From: a virus
Taxonomy: Duplodnaviria; Caudoviricetes
DNA: 64,000 nt
Virus record (IMG/VR): IMGVR_UViG_3300032250_000184
Span: 8,708 to 72,707 of that record
Reading direction: 5' to 3' (one strand)
The notes below the pieces were generated by a model. That model was not told the origin of the DNA. It worked only from the letters and a program-made list of their open reading frames with translations, and ran no database searches. Position 1 is the stretch's first letter. Every line of letters starts with the position of its first letter. Shown piece after piece: positions 54,959-64,000 of this stretch. The position numbers and the translations under genes were made by a program.

Positions 54959-56287
54959 TTACATTAAATTTTTGACCCCGAAAATTCTGTAATACTTGTT
55001 TGTACGAGCATTCAAACCACCTGAACCAGCTCCAAGTCCTTCTGCGAATGGGTTTGATACCATTCCATAACGAGTCTTGAAACCAATCTTTGGTTGGAAT
55101 GTATACTGGTCTACAGCACGAACCATTTGCAATGGAACGTATGGGCAATAGAACAAACCAGCATCGTATGGGCTAGAACCTTTGTAACCGATAGTTACGA
55201 GTTCTTGATTGCTTGTGTATCCACCGAAGTATGGGTCAATATAAACCTTGATACGACCGTGTAACATACCAGCAAATGTGTTGCCTGTGTCATCTACTTG
55301 CAAGTCAGCTTGGAGAGCAGGTGTGTAAGAAAGAACACCAGCCATTGCCATAGCAGAAGCAACGTCAGAAGAAACGATCAACACGTTACCTTTTCCACGG
55401 CGAGTTTGCTTAGCAATTACGTTAGCATCACGCTCGATTTGGAAAATTAGACCTTTGAAACGCTCAACTGACCAACGGCCGTTAGAGTCTGTATCTAAGT
55501 CAAAGAAACCTGCTGTTGTTGTACCATACTGAGCACCTGGAACGGCAACGGTGTAGATTGTACGGATAACTTCACGGTTAATTTCAGCGAGAACTTCTGT
55601 TGAAAGAATGTTGCTCAACTCTGTTTCAGCGTCAAGACCATGGATTGCTTTCAAGTCTTGTGCTAATTCGAGTGAGTACTCAGCTTTCAATGCACGGCTT
55701 TGGGCTGTAACGGTTACTTTCTCGATAGAGAAGGCCATTTGACCAAATTGTGTGTTACCATCTGAACCAAGGTATTCAGCAGTAGCTGTTGGCATTGCAA
55801 TACCAGTTGTGTATGTGTTTGCAGCTAAAGTAGCTGAAACAACAGGGTTTGTACCTGTGTCAGTTGCAGTTGTACCAGCGAAACCGTATGGGTTACCAGC
55901 AGAACCTTTACCAGAGAACATTGTGTTGGCTTCGTTAAAGAATGCCTCTTCTCCAGCTTGGTTAACATACTTAGCACGCATTGCAAAGATCAAACCGGTA
56001 GGACCTGTCATTGGCTGAACGCCAGCAACGTCATAAGCGATAAGATTTGGAAGCGCACGGCGTACCAAAGAAATCAAGATTGGGTCAAAGTTTTGAACAC
56101 CACCAGTTACGTTTGTAGGACCTGGATCAGCTTCGTTCAAAGCAATACGATCTTGACGCATAGCTTGTTGTTGATTTTCCAAAACAAGTGCTGTTACAGC
56201 TTTCTTGTATGGGTCACGAATGGACTCAAGCTCTGGATGCTCCAGAACAGGCTGCCATTTCTTTTGTAGTTCTTCTGTCATATACAT
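54959..56287 (-). CDS. 23: Major capsid protein (gp23)
   Basis: GVQPMTGPTGLIFAMR, SRALKAEYSLELAQDLKAIHG, FQPKIGFKTRYG. Confidence 0.98.
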   Translation of the reverse strand: MYMTEELQKKWQPVLEHPELESIRDPYKKAVTALVLENQQQAMRQDRIALNEADPGPTNVTGGVQNFDPILISLVRRALPNLIAYDVAGVQPMTGPTGLIFAMRAKYVNQAGEEAFFNEANTMFSGKGSAGNPYGFAGTTATDTGTNPVVSATLAANTYTTGIAMPTATAEYLGSDGNTQFGQMAFSIEKVTVTAQSRALKAEYSLELAQDLKAIHGLDAETELSNILSTEVLAEINREVIRTIYTVAVPGAQYGTTTAGFFDLDTDSNGRWSVERFKGLIFQIERDANVIAKQTRRGKGNVLIVSSDVASAMAMAGVLSYTPALQADLQVDDTGNTFAGMLHGRIKVYIDPYFGGYTSNQELVTIGYKGSSPYDAGLFYCPYVPLQMVRAVDQYTFQPKIGFKTRYGMVSNPFAEGLGAGSGGLNARTNKYYRIFGVKNLM

Positions 56288-56311
56288 GGTTATTTTCCTT
56301 ATGTTTGTATA

Positions 56312-57493
56312 TTACTTCATCGTTTGTGAAATAGTTTTTGCATAAATGTTAATTGAAGGATCATCAGAAAGGATTTTTTCTTTCTTTTCTTCTTCTACCA
56401 ACACTTCGTCTAAAGCAGATAAATTGGCAACCTTAACATCAGCCTTGAAATAACTTTCTTTCAAAGTTGTAAGTTTAGTACCAAATTCTTCTTCAGTAGT
56501 AAATTCCACACCCTCTGCGAGTGACTTCATTTTTTCTACCTGAGTCTGCGTAAGGCCTTCACACGCTGCGTAGATAGCCTCAACTTTTTTGGACTCGCTG
56601 AGTTCCTTCTTCATCTCAACAGCCGCTTTGATCTGTTCATTCAAAGCATCTTCTAGTTCTTCAACCTTAGTTGTCAAACCTTCAACGACATCTACCTTTT
56701 CGGCAGGAATGTCAATGTAATGCTCTTCAAACAAACCTTTTAAACCTGTGATAAAATCTTCAACGATTTCGGAACGGAGTCCTTTTTCGATTGCGATTTC
56801 ATTGTCTTTGACCCATTCTTCAACCATATAGTTGAGGTAGTCATCAACCTTGGCAGCCAAATCTTCTTTAACTTCTTCAATGGCAGCTTCAAATTGTTCC
56901 ATCAATTCTGTTTCGGCTTCGGCAATAACTTCTTCTGCACGAGCAATAACAGCAGCTTCAAAAATTGTCGAAGCCTTCTGAACAAATTCTTCCGAAAGGT
57001 TCTCGCCACCTAAAAGGGCATCTAAATCTTCTTTCATTTTTTCCTTGTTCATCATTTTTTTGATCATTTTTTTATCTTCAGCTTCATCTTCATGACCTTC
57101 GTCTTTTTCTTCGGCAAATACATCACCTTCAGATTCAGCTTCTTCGTAAGTTTGAACACCAACAGAACCTTTGTTTAAAGGCATTTGGTTTTTGCCAGTC
57201 TTGCCTTCTGGTTGTTCTACTGTGCCGGATTGTGCTGGCTGGGCAGACAACTTCTTCATTGGCTCAGAACCTACAGGAGGTGTTGCGCCTGGTGCTGTTG
57301 CTGTTGGTGCACCTTTTGTGTAGTCAGGATTAGCGTCAGTTGTTTTGAGTGGTGTGTGACCAACATCTACTTCACTGGTGCCATATGCTACATCGCCAGA
57401 TAATTTGGCTGGTTTATCTTGACCACTTTTTTTGCTATTTACAGTTCCCTGTAAAATATCTTTAGCGGCTTCGGACAGATTAAATTTTCCCAT
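56312..57493 (-). CDS. 22: Prohead scaffolding protein (gp22)
   Basis: Acidic coiled coil, IFEAAV, VDDYLNY; late promoter TATAAATA 57529-57522. Confidence 0.92.
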   Translation of the reverse strand: MGKFNLSEAAKDILQGTVNSKKSGQDKPAKLSGDVAYGTSEVDVGHTPLKTTDANPDYTKGAPTATAPGATPPVGSEPMKKLSAQPAQSGTVEQPEGKTGKNQMPLNKGSVGVQTYEEAESEGDVFAEEKDEGHEDEAEDKKMIKKMMNKEKMKEDLDALLGGENLSEEFVQKASTIFEAAVIARAEEVIAEAETELMEQFEAAIEEVKEDLAAKVDDYLNYMVEEWVKDNEIAIEKGLRSEIVEDFITGLKGLFEEHYIDIPAEKVDVVEGLTTKVEELEDALNEQIKAAVEMKKELSESKKVEAIYAACEGLTQTQVEKMKSLAEGVEFTTEEEFGTKLTTLKESYFKADVKVANLSALDEVLVEEEKKEKILSDDPSINIYAKTISQTMK

Positions 57494-57530
57494 TTTGAAA
57501 ATCTCCTTGATTTATATTGGATATTTATAA

Positions 57531-58175
57531 TTAAAGTTTTTTGACGAGTGATTCCCAAATGCGTAGACTTACTTTCTCTATGTCAGCCTTAGAAGCTTCT
57601 TGAATCATCTTCTTTGCCTGAGTATATTGTTGTTCAGTCCATACACCGTTTACCATCACCCATTCTTTGCCTTCCATGATACCTTGTACGAAAGCATTTG
57701 GAGCAGAAGGGTCTGCTACAATATCCGCCGCTGTGGCCAGATGAAAATCATCTTGAACTATGTTTATACCGTTAACAGATTTAAGAGAACCCATACCACG
57801 GGAGGACACACCAATTTGTGCGCCACCTTCGATAAGACTCTTAACTATGTTACCCATAGGTGTGTCAAGAATTTTTGCTTTGCCTATCCAATCATTACCT
57901 TCTTGACGGAGACCCACAACCATATGTGAAACTCTGTCTAGATTGATAGATGGGGTGTCTGGATGTCCCAGCTCACCAAAGGCACGGTTTTTATTAATAT
58001 ATTGTTCTGTGTATCTTTGCACTTCTTTGGCCATAGTTTCTCTTAGATACTTACGACCATTGCGGTTTACCACTTCTGCTTGCAGAAACGGACCTTCGAT
58101 GAACAAAGTTTTCTTGCCGTCTTTTTCTTCAGCAAGATATTGTAGTGATTCGGTGACTTCTGTAATTAACTTCAT
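57531..58175 (-). CDS. 21: Prohead protease (gp21)
   Basis: GELGHP, VSSRGMGS, DIVADPSAPNA. Confidence 0.96.
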   Translation of the reverse strand: MKLITEVTESLQYLAEEKDGKKTLFIEGPFLQAEVVNRNGRKYLRETMAKEVQRYTEQYINKNRAFGELGHPDTPSINLDRVSHMVVGLRQEGNDWIGKAKILDTPMGNIVKSLIEGGAQIGVSSRGMGSLKSVNGINIVQDDFHLATAADIVADPSAPNAFVQGIMEGKEWVMVNGVWTEQQYTQAKKMIQEASKADIEKVSLRIWESLVKKL

Positions 58176-58567
58176 TATAGTCCCATTGCCTTTCGTTTTC
58201 TTAAAGAAATTTGTCTTTTTCTTAAAGATTGTCTTAATTTACTTCTTCTCTTAAACTTCGACCGTCTTGCAGCCATCTTACGATTTCTGCGTTCTTGTGG
58301 CATCATTCTGGTGAGTTTACCACCACGAATTGTAAAACCTGGTACGGCCGACTTCTTAACTCTCCGTTGGATTTTACCCTTACGGAATCTTACACGAATT
58401 AGTTTTGTTCTACCCATTTTTTGGATATTACCTTCATCTAATTCGTCCACGATTTCTACTTCTACTTGTTCCAACTTCTCAGCAATTAGTTCTTCTATTC
58501 TATCTACAAGAGCTTCTTTTGCCTCTGCTAGGTCACCATAAAAGAGGCAATCTATAAAATCTCTCAT
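58175..58567 (-). CDS. Prohead core protein (gp68-like)
   Basis: Acidic N-terminus, Arg/Lys-rich tail, directly upstream of gene 21. Confidence 0.7.
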   Translation of the reverse strand: MRDFIDCLFYGDLAEAKEALVDRIEELIAEKLEQVEVEIVDELDEGNIQKMGRTKLIRVRFRKGKIQRRVKKSAVPGFTIRGGKLTRMMPQERRNRKMAARRSKFKRRSKLRQSLRKRQISLRKRKAMGL

Positions 58568-59094
58568 TATCGTGGAGTTACACCATATGGAGGATAGTTA
58601 AACGCAGCAGGATCAGTAAACTGACCAGAACTATAGAATTGATTGTTCTTGTGTAACTCAATAATTAATGTGTAGGCAGCATTACCAGTTGTACCAGCGG
58701 TTACAATGGTTACATTACCTGTAGGACCAACAGCGTTATTTGGTATTGCAGGCATTTGATATTGTGGGTTTGTATCACCAGTACCAACACCTAATGCATA
58801 AATTGTGGCATCACTTGTAGTGCCTTGCCATTTTAACTGTACGTGACCAACTTCTGCATCAACATTATAAACAACACGAGAAATTGTAAATGCTGAATTA
58901 GCAAAACCAGGAGCGGTTGTGTTGCCGGTCTGATATGGTAAGTTATTAGCATTTAACGCACCAGACAATGTTCGGGGGTCAATAATAACTGTTAAGTTTT
59001 CATTACCACCGGCGGCATCAAAAATACCAACTCGTTTAATTACGGTGCGTTTATTTGTATCAACTAAAATTTGTGTGCTGTTTGACGTTGCCAT
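58567..59094 (-). CDS. Hypothetical virion-associated protein
   Basis: Thr/Gly/Asn-rich beta protein inside the head module. Confidence 0.6.
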   Translation of the reverse strand: MATSNSTQILVDTNKRTVIKRVGIFDAAGGNENLTVIIDPRTLSGALNANNLPYQTGNTTAPGFANSAFTISRVVYNVDAEVGHVQLKWQGTTSDATIYALGVGTGDTNPQYQMPAIPNNAVGPTGNVTIVTAGTTGNAAYTLIIELHKNNQFYSSGQFTDPAAFNYPPYGVTPR

Positions 59095-59097
59095 TTT

Positions 59098-59334
59098 TTA
59101 TTCCTGTTCGGTTTCTATTTCTTCGTCCATACTACCGGTTGATGACCATTGCATGGCCGTATAAGGTACTGTAACATATTTGTTTATTTTATCCACATAA
59201 TATAATGCAACTCTTTGGTTATTGGGAAACATTCTAACCGATTTCCTTTTCATAATTAAAACGGCCGGAGGATCCATTGAATCTTTTGACTCAGTTTTTT
59301 CACACAAAGAACGAATTTCTTTAAGAGTTTTCAC
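59098..59334 (-). CDS. Small prohead-region protein
   Basis: Probable GTG start (KTLKEIRSLCE), DPPAVLIMKRK. Confidence 0.6.
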   Translation of the reverse strand: MKTLKEIRSLCEKTESKDSMDPPAVLIMKRKSVRMFPNNQRVALYYVDKINKYVTVPYTAMQWSSTGSMDEEIETEQE

Positions 59335-59503
59335 CGTCAGTATCCTGTGGTTGTTCAGATTGTGCAAATAGGTTTTGTGCAATCTCTTGTTTTTTGGCAT
59401 CAATATGTGCGGTTACTTTATCGTGTATAGAGGAATATAAAGCATTCCTAAATTCTACACCATCGTTATCTTGTGCAAAATCAATAATATTTCTTTCTGT
59501 CAT
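59321..59503 (-). CDS. Prohead core protein (gp67-like)
   Basis: About 60 aa acidic protein; ATAAATA repeats at 59547-59557 upstream. Confidence 0.6.
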   Translation of the reverse strand: MTERNIIDFAQDNDGVEFRNALYSSIHDKVTAHIDAKKQEIAQNLFAQSEQPQDTDGENS

Positions 59504-59560
59504 TTTATAAGTCTCCAATTCAATTAGTTATTACAATACTTAGCTTTATTTATTTATTAT

Positions 59561-62500
59561 TTAGAACAGCCCTGGTATTAAACCAACAGTATTAGCTGTA
59601 GATTTAACTAACGATCCTATACTATTGGCTACAGTTATATCTGTTCTAGCAGTATCCCAAGTAGCTTTACCGATAGATACCTTGTCGGATTGGCTAATTG
59701 AGGTTGGTATCGCATCAACACTTGTTTGTGATGCTTTAGTATTCAAGGTAGCCTCTAAAGCCAAACCAGTGCGGATAGTATTTGCGGTTGGTAACGCATC
59801 TACCGATACCTTAATTAAAGCAATATTTGCATTATCTGGTGCAGTGTATCCAGTTGTTGCTAGACGACTTGAAACATTGGCATCCAATCTATTCAAACGA
59901 ACATCAGTAGTTAAAAGAGTATTCGTTGGAATAGCTAAAACATTTGCTTGTAGAGCAAGACCAGCTCGTATACTAGTCTTGTCTGTTTCACTAATCACCG
60001 CAGTTTGCTGAGTCCAAGGTGCTGTCTGCAAAACAATACCTGAACTGTTTTTCTTTACTGGTGTATACGCCGGATTAAGGACATAAACAGAAGCGGCTAC
60101 TTGGAAATATAGCGGAATTAATACACCTAGTACTGACGTACTAGTTATTGAATCATTTACTTTGGCGTAGAACACAGGGGATGTAATTAAAATACCACCC
60201 TGTATGATAGTAAAACCTGCAGTACTTCCAGCAAAGATTGAAACCTGTGCTGGTAATTCGCCATACACGACTGTGTAGTAATGCAATCCATTAAGCACAT
60301 CCGCTGGGGAATAGGCTCGCAAATCTGCTCCTACTGATACTGCAAGTTCTTGACCAACAAGAGCTGTACTTATCTGTGTTGCAATGTAATCTCTATTGTT
60401 TGTAGGTAACGTTGTATCCACATTAGTTTCTGGAATAAGAGATGTAGTAAATGAGTTTAGGTCTGAGGCTGTTGGATAATACAAAGTACGCTGATAACCG
60501 TAAGCTACGGCATAGACAGCAAATGTGTCTCCTGCTCTAACCTCTAAAGTTCTAGCCGTATTCTGCACGACCCAACCAAAGTCTGTAGCACCACCACCAA
60601 CTCTAACAACATAAGTAGATAAAGCAAGGTTGTCGGGTGTTCGCAGAGTTGCAATAGCAACGACAGATACCCTTGAGCCAGCCGTAAAGAACGGTGAAGT
60701 GCCAGCTTTGATTACTTTAACCTCTGCTGTCCCAGCATTACTAATCGTGCCTGTAATCGTGCTATCGGTTATCGTTACAGTATAGGCGTATGGAGCGCTA
60801 TCGTCATAAGTCAAGTTACCTGTGATAACCATACCAGACAAGTCCAATGGAATAGGCTGTATCACATTAGCTGTAATAGCTGTATTACCAAAGTTAGACG
60901 GTAGTATTGTTACAGAACCTGAGCTAAACAATGCGCCTGTAATTGTAGTTCCAGCACTTAGTCTGTCTCCACACCAGATTGATAGTGACGAGCCATCAAA
61001 AATCCATACATCGCCCGTGTCGTTGAGCGTGACTGGATACGAACCAGCAGAAGCGTTGGTACCAGCCTTGGTGATGATTCGTGCGTAAGGAATACCAATC
61101 TCTAGTGTTTCGTAATAGGCTGCATAATCGTACAGCTTATCCATATCAGGCAAGAACTCATAGGCCGCTACTGTAGCTTTGGTTGCCTGAGTGATAAATG
61201 CGTCTGCTACTAAAGTGACTGTAGTTGTTGTACTAGCAACGGCTGGAGAATGTGTACCAGTCTGCGCTGTGTAACCATAGCGAGCCACCTTCCAAGTCCA
61301 TGTACCTGTTTGACCTGTTGTGGCTAGTGTGTAACTTGTATTTGAAGATGCCACATAAGCAACCTGTGTACCAGATCCGTTAGCGATATAAACTTGTGAA
61401 CCAGCGGTTAATCCATTTAGCGTTAAGGCTGTAACAGGTCGAGTAACAACTCTAGTTCCGACTGTTCCGATAGTGCTACCGCTTGTGCTGATGGTGACTG
61501 TACCTGCACCTGCGTTGCTAACTGTTCCACTAATGTTTGTATTTGTTAAAGTTACCGTAGGTGATGAAGCTGTGTTGTATGTCAAATTACCAACAACAGA
61601 AACACCAGTTAAATTAGTTGGTGTAGCTTGTGCGATGTTACCGACAATGTTTACACCGCTCGAGAGTGTACCGCTTAAAGTTACATTTGAATCAATGTTA
61701 CCCTCTGTAATACCACCTGTGACAACGAGTGTATAACTACTGTCAAAAACTGTACCGTTGGTTGTAGTAAATGGATCAGCTTTGGTTAAGTTTTCTAACA
61801 AGCAAAGGTTATCCTGTACTGCTGACCAAATCTGTGCGGCTGAACGACTTTCGCTTACAGTAATAGTTTGAGCAACGTGGTCAACCGCAACGCCTGTTAC
61901 GCCTGAGATATACAAAGGATCGCTGTTGACATCAAGCACTTCATTTTGCGTGATTGGGATGCTAATGGCTGTTTTAAGGTAAGTACCTGTTAAGTTACTA
62001 AATGTCCATCCCGCTTTTCTAGCAACTAAGCGATAATCTACTGGAACAGCATCGTAGTCATACGGCATCGGTACAGATCCAGTATCGCTTGTAAGAGTTG
62101 CGTTACTTTGCAATGATGGATTGTTCGGGTCTGCGTTAAGATAACCAGCAATTAAAGTACCAGTTTGTGCGCCGCTAAATCCAAGTTCTGTTCTATACAC
62201 GGCGGGGTCATAGGCTGCATCAATCGTGACAGGCAGCTTCATGCTCATCACATAGCGACCAGATACCGCAGTCGTGCCAGTAATGCGTAGCTGCAAGTCC
62301 AAACCAACCAACGAGCTGTATCCTGTCAGCGCAGCCCTTGCCGTTTCAAGGCTAGAGTTATCAACAAACGCTGTCCATGCGCCCGTGTTTGCAGTACCCC
62401 AATTTGTCATTCTAAATTCGACAGTCGTTCCTGCGGGGATTGGGTTTGTTCCAGAGCCTAAGTTATAGTTAAAGTCAAACGCTGTGCCAGTAAAGTTTGT

Positions 62501-64000
62501 AATGCCTTTCAACGCAAACACCGACTTGACGATGACCGAATCACCAATGGCAGGGTAGTAGATACGACCCAAGTTGTCTAGCAGTGCGCCACCGCCAAAG
62601 GTGTACATATCAAACGAACTTTGTGCTGAAAAGCCGCCAACATAAACCGAGCCAACACTCTTGGCTGTGTTTGACATCACAATAATAGGCTGCACATCGA
62701 CCAAGTTTGGAATTACCGCAGCTGTTGTTAGTGTCTGGAATATTCGATGCGGGCCAGCAACCATATCCATTTCTACGCCAGATTTTGATGCACCACCAGT
62801 ACCCGCCGTAGTTGCTGTAACTGAATCAATCAGCAACATACGAAACAATCCACCGCTATTATTGATAGAGTTACCAGTCAAATAAGTTTGAGCTGCTGTT
62901 TGTACACGAGGGTTTGTAACAGATATAAATGCGATGATGCTATTTAACCCAGCGTCTGTAACAATGGATGGGACTTGTAATGAACCCGCAATTGCTGAGT
63001 ATCCCTTGTTATGACACACAACGCTTTCGCACGATGAGTCAATGCTAATTAAAGGTCCTCTTGGGACAATACCTCCACCCCAGACTTGTATACCTCTGAA
63101 TGTACTATTGACTGTACTGGTTATTGTTGGGAATGTACTGCCATCAGTAGAGCTGGTGCTATTGCCGTTAGGTAAAGATGCAATAAAAATGTTTTTTACA
63201 TCAATGTTGGTAGTAGCAGCCATAACAAACCCGCCACCAGCCATGTAAAGCCCGTCTACTGGAGTAGCAGATTTAATAGTAGTAAATGCAAAGCTACGAA
63301 ATGCTCCTGTAGTGGCTGCGCCGTTTCGACCCCATTGCCTAGAGCGTAAATTACTGATTACTTGAGCGTTTTGGATGTTGGAAAGGTTATAATTTGTTCC
63401 GAGTATGTTGCCAGAATAATTAGAATTAGCATGAATACTTGAAATACTGCCGCTTCCAAGCATAGAACTAAATGTAACTGTAGCGTTAACTGATGTAGGG
63501 GCTTGCCAGTTAATGCCTAATAGACTCAATGTATCTAAATCATACGTTCCAGCAGAGTTACCGATGAGTGTTCCAAAACAACCAAAGTCTTTAAGTGTTA
63601 AATCAGCGTAGTTTTGAAAATCATTTCTAAACCGCATACCTGTACTGCAAGTTTGTATGTCAATCGTGCCAGATGGGTTACAGCTAAAGCCAGCGTTATT
63701 GATTGTGTTATTGGGCGAGGGAATCCAATAGACTAATGTTCCAATTGGGAAACTTGCTTGGGCTGTAGTGCCGTACTGACCCCTTAATTGTGAGGCTGCG
63801 TTAACGACTGCGCCAGTACGGGTTAAAAAGTGAATACGCTCAATCGTTGTGCTGTTAACCAACAGGAAAGAACCAATCGCTTGGTTGGCGTTGATAGCGC
63901 CGTTGGTTGTTGGTCCAATCGCTGTGGCTAATGTAAATGCCTGTGCGCCTGTGCCTGTGATGGCTGTTGCAAGCGTAGTCTGTTGCAAAGCAGAGTTAAA
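59561..64000 (-). CDS. Very large Thr/Gly/Ser-rich virion or adhesin-like protein (5' end beyond window)
   Basis: At least 1475 codons, frame stays open to the edge; beta-strand repeats; higher GC than flanks. Confidence 0.75.
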   Translation of the reverse strand, partial: FNSALQQTTLATAITGTGAQAFTLATAIGPTTNGAINANQAIGSFLLVNSTTIERIHFLTRTGAVVNAASQLRGQYGTTAQASFPIGTLVYWIPSPNNTINNAGFSCNPSGTIDIQTCSTGMRFRNDFQNYADLTLKDFGCFGTLIGNSAGTYDLDTLSLLGINWQAPTSVNATVTFSSMLGSGSISSIHANSNYSGNILGTNYNLSNIQNAQVISNLRSRQWGRNGAATTGAFRSFAFTTIKSATPVDGLYMAGGGFVMAATTNIDVKNIFIASLPNGNSTSSTDGSTFPTITSTVNSTFRGIQVWGGGIVPRGPLISIDSSCESVVCHNKGYSAIAGSLQVPSIVTDAGLNSIIAFISVTNPRVQTAAQTYLTGNSINNSGGLFRMLLIDSVTATTAGTGGASKSGVEMDMVAGPHRIFQTLTTAAVIPNLVDVQPIIVMSNTAKSVGSVYVGGFSAQSSFDMYTFGGGALLDNLGRIYYPAIGDSVIVKSVFALKGITNFTGTAFDFNYNLGSGTNPIPAGTTVEFRMTNWGTANTGAWTAFVDNSSLETARAALTGYSSLVGLDLQLRITGTTAVSGRYVMSMKLPVTIDAAYDPAVYRTELGFSGAQTGTLIAGYLNADPNNPSLQSNATLTSDTGSVPMPYDYDAVPVDYRLVARKAGWTFSNLTGTYLKTAISIPITQNEVLDVNSDPLYISGVTGVAVDHVAQTITVSESRSAAQIWSAVQDNLCLLENLTKADPFTTTNGTVFDSSYTLVVTGGITEGNIDSNVTLSGTLSSGVNIVGNIAQATPTNLTGVSVVGNLTYNTASSPTVTLTNTNISGTVSNAGAGTVTISTSGSTIGTVGTRVVTRPVTALTLNGLTAGSQVYIANGSGTQVAYVASSNTSYTLATTGQTGTWTWKVARYGYTAQTGTHSPAVASTTTTVTLVADAFITQATKATVAAYEFLPDMDKLYDYAAYYETLEIGIPYARIITKAGTNASAGSYPVTLNDTGDVWIFDGSSLSIWCGDRLSAGTTITGALFSSGSVTILPSNFGNTAITANVIQPIPLDLSGMVITGNLTYDDSAPYAYTVTITDSTITGTISNAGTAEVKVIKAGTSPFFTAGSRVSVVAIATLRTPDNLALSTYVVRVGGGATDFGWVVQNTARTLEVRAGDTFAVYAVAYGYQRTLYYPTASDLNSFTTSLIPETNVDTTLPTNNRDYIATQISTALVGQELAVSVGADLRAYSPADVLNGLHYYTVVYGELPAQVSIFAGSTAGFTIIQGGILITSPVFYAKVNDSITSTSVLGVLIPLYFQVAASVYVLNPAYTPVKKNSSGIVLQTAPWTQQTAVISETDKTSIRAGLALQANVLAIPTNTLLTTDVRLNRLDANVSSRLATTGYTAPDNANIALIKVSVDALPTANTIRTGLALEATLNTKASQTSVDAIPTSISQSDKVSIGKATWDTARTDITVANSIGSLVKSTANTVGLIPGLF

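Noticed and set aside
1645-63248. Numerous plus-strand and off-frame ORFs in the track (e.g. 1645-1938, 43354-43776, 59625-60011, and those across tRNAs)
   Set aside because: Shadows of well-supported minus-strand genes or tRNAs, with no RBS or motifs; only 2204-2737 and the nested spanin were kept
1-64000. CRISPR array or mini-array
   Set aside because: No regularly spaced direct repeats seen by eye; a repeat finder was not run

Overview
64 kb of a large T4-like (gp23/gp43/gp55-type) myovirus, roughly 35-38% GC by eye, with essentially all genes on the minus strand. The spanins imply a Gram-negative host. In transcription order (right to left) the window holds: a >4.4 kb higher-GC virion-type gene open at the window edge; the head module (gp67/68-like, gp21, gp22, gp23); gp3, uvsY, uvsW, gp55, gp47, gp46 and peptide deformylase; a possible DNA-modification block; gp45, gp44, gp62, regA and hsp20; a tRNA/ncRNA island (14 near-canonical tRNAs plus at least 4 non-canonical structured RNAs); gp43, uvsX and gp41; a glycosyltransferase cluster; a late cassette of capsid-targeted internal proteins; a holin/endolysin/nested-spanin cassette; then primase, thyX, nrdA, nrdB and RNase H. 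Best new-system candidate: a leaderless 24-codon peptide with an overlapping antiterminator/terminator directly upstream of the tRNA array. Its proximal codons are almost all read by the phage's own tRNAs, suggesting a ribosome-stalling attenuator that turns on phage tRNA supply when those tRNAs run short. Other leads: a degenerate tRNA-Gly-like RNA together with two DruA/DUF4338-like putative modifiers, a ROSE-like thermometer before hsp20, and a capsid-targeted ligase plus nucleotidyltransferase-kinase pair. All protein calls come from motif recognition and synteny and all RNA folds were paired by hand; no database searches were run.
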